A stretch of DNA of 64,000 nt, from NCBI GenBank assembly GCA_963719225.1, contig CAVRAY010000001.1, positions 2,656,001 through 2,720,000 of the forward strand. The letters are read 5' to 3'. The stretch's first letter is position 1; each line of letters opens with the position of its first letter. This stretch comes from Thermoanaerobaculia bacterium (lineage in GTDB: Bacteria > Acidobacteriota > Thermoanaerobaculia > UBA5066). Made by a program: the position numbers and the translations under genes. Of this stretch, positions 58,559-64,000 are shown in pieces. Below the pieces are notes generated by a model. The model saw only the letters and a list, made by a program, of their open reading frames with translations, was not told the DNA's origin and did not search any database.

Positions 58559-62833
<4,275 letters not shown>

Positions 62834-62917
62834 TGAGTCAGGTCCCTCTCATGGCCGCGCGCAGGCCGGGGTATGAGGCGCGCGATGGGGCGGCGAAGAA
62901 CGAAGGATGAGGGAGGG

Positions 62918-63298
62918 TTACTTGACTTCGACCTTCGCTCCCGCGTCCTCGAACTTCTTCTTGATCGAGGCGGCCTCGTCCTTCGAGATCCCCTCCTTGA
63001 TCGTTCCGAGGTTCTCGACGAGGTCCTTCGCTTCCTTGAGGCCGAGCGAGCTGTTGACCTCGCGGACGGCTTTGATGACGTTGATCTTGTTCGCGCCGGC
63101 TTCCTTGAGGACGACCGTGAATTCGGTCTGCTCCTCGGCGGCGGCGGCGGCAGGGGCGGCGCCCGCAGCAGCCGCAGGGGCAGCCATCATCGCGGCGGAG
63201 ACGCCGAACTTATCCTCGAGCGCCTTCACGAGGCCGTTGAGCTCGAGGACCGACATCGATTCGATTTCCTTGATGAAAGTTTCGACGGTGAGAGCCAT
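62918..63298 (-). CDS. rplL: 50S ribosomal protein L7/L12
   Basis: [23 protein letters not shown]. Confidence 0.97.
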   Translation of the reverse strand: MALTVETFIKEIESMSVLELNGLVKALEDKFGVSAAMMAAPAAAAGAAPAAAAAEEQTEFTVVLKEAGANKINVIKAVREVNSSLGLKEAKDLVENLGTIKEGISKDEAASIKKKFEDAGAKVEVK

Positions 63299-63322
63299 GG
63301 TTCTTCTCCTGATTCTTCGGCG

Positions 63323-63862
63323 TTAGGCCGCGGATTCTTGAGCGGTTTTTTGCTTCGAAATCGCCGCGAGCGTCGCGGCGACGTTGCGATGAGGAGCGGA
63401 AAGGACCGTCACGAGGCGCCGCATCGGCGACTGCATGAGGCCGAGAAGCCTGCCCACGAGCTCGAGGCGCGAGGGCAGGTTCGCGAGGGTCTCGAGCTCC
63501 TTCGCCGCGACGGGCTTGCCGTCGAGAAGGGCGGCCTTGACCTTCAGGTTGGGATTCGTCTTGCCGAACGTGTGCAGCACCTTCGCGAGCGCCACGACGT
63601 CCGTGGCGCTGTAGGCGACGCCTGTCATCCCCGTGAAGTGCTCCTTGAGCGACCCGAGTGGCCTGCCTTCGAGCGCACGGAGGGCGAGGGTGTTCTTGAC
63701 GACGACGTAGCCCGAGTTCGCGCTCTTGATCTGGCGACGCAGGTCGGTCACGGCCGGAACCGTGAGGCCCTTGTAATCGATCAGGAACGCGTGCGCGGCC
63801 TTCCCGACCGTGCCCTGGAGCTCGAGGATCTCGTCGTTCTTGGTGATGCGGGTTGCGGTCAC
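63323..63862 (-). CDS. rplJ: 50S ribosomal protein L10
   Basis: DYKGLTV, VVKNTL, LPSR.EL. Confidence 0.95.
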   Translation of the reverse strand: MTATRITKNDEILELQGTVGKAAHAFLIDYKGLTVPAVTDLRRQIKSANSGYVVVKNTLALRALEGRPLGSLKEHFTGMTGVAYSATDVVALAKVLHTFGKTNPNLKVKAALLDGKPVAAKELETLANLPSRLELVGRLLGLMQSPMRRLVTVLSAPHRNVAATLAAISKQKTAQESAA

Positions 63863-63863
63863 G

Positions 63864-64000
63864 TCAGACCCCCTTCCCGACGAGCTTCTCGGCGGCGGTA
63901 GGGTCGACCGCGATGCCTGGGCCCATCGTCGACGAGAGAACGACCGAACGCATGTACTTGCCCTTGGCGGTGGCCGGCCTGGCTTTCTGAACCGCGCTGA
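63864..64000 (-). CDS. rplA: 50S ribosomal protein L1, C-terminal part
   Basis: ...[28 protein letters not shown]...stop at 63864. Confidence 0.93.
   Translation of the reverse strand, partial: SAVQKARPATAKGKYMRSVVLSSTMGPGIAVDPTAAEKLVGKGV

Noticed and set aside
63345-63363. TGCTTCGAAAT at the end of rplJ as another motif copy
   Set aside because: Lacks purine flanks and a clear partner; may be chance.

Overview
High-GC bacterial core-genome region (roughly two-thirds G+C by eye). It is most likely Acidobacteriota, inferred from a Cys-rich insert in RpoB and the gene content. Nearly all real genes lie on the minus strand. From left to right: a PP2C/DnaJ-TPR/RodZ-like cluster; a roughly 15.6 kb aroDE-his-trp superoperon with four fusions; cysS and small regulatory genes; the complete alpha/spc/S10/str ribosomal cluster; a roughly 5 kb accessory insert between rpsL and rpoC carrying a toxin-antitoxin pair; then rpoC, rpoB, rplL, rplJ and the end of rplA. 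Three observations stand out. (1) A dispersed AT/purine-rich DNA motif (about GAAGATTTCTTAGAAGG[T/G]GAA) is embedded in coding sequence in all six reading frames and arranged as about 12 convergent pairs 60-290 bp apart, often at in-frame insertions. (2) An unannotated 13-codon His/Trp leader peptide (MIFVVRHWHVHHS) with terminator/antiterminator precedes the joint aro-his-trp operon. (3) The translation machinery is atypical: a roughly 20-aa insertion in the uL22 exit-tunnel loop, a non-canonical EF-Tu switch I, and long ribosomal-protein extensions. hisC carries a 1-bp frameshift. No rRNA, tRNA, CRISPR or transposase was recognised. All calls come from reading the sequence by eye; no database searches were run.
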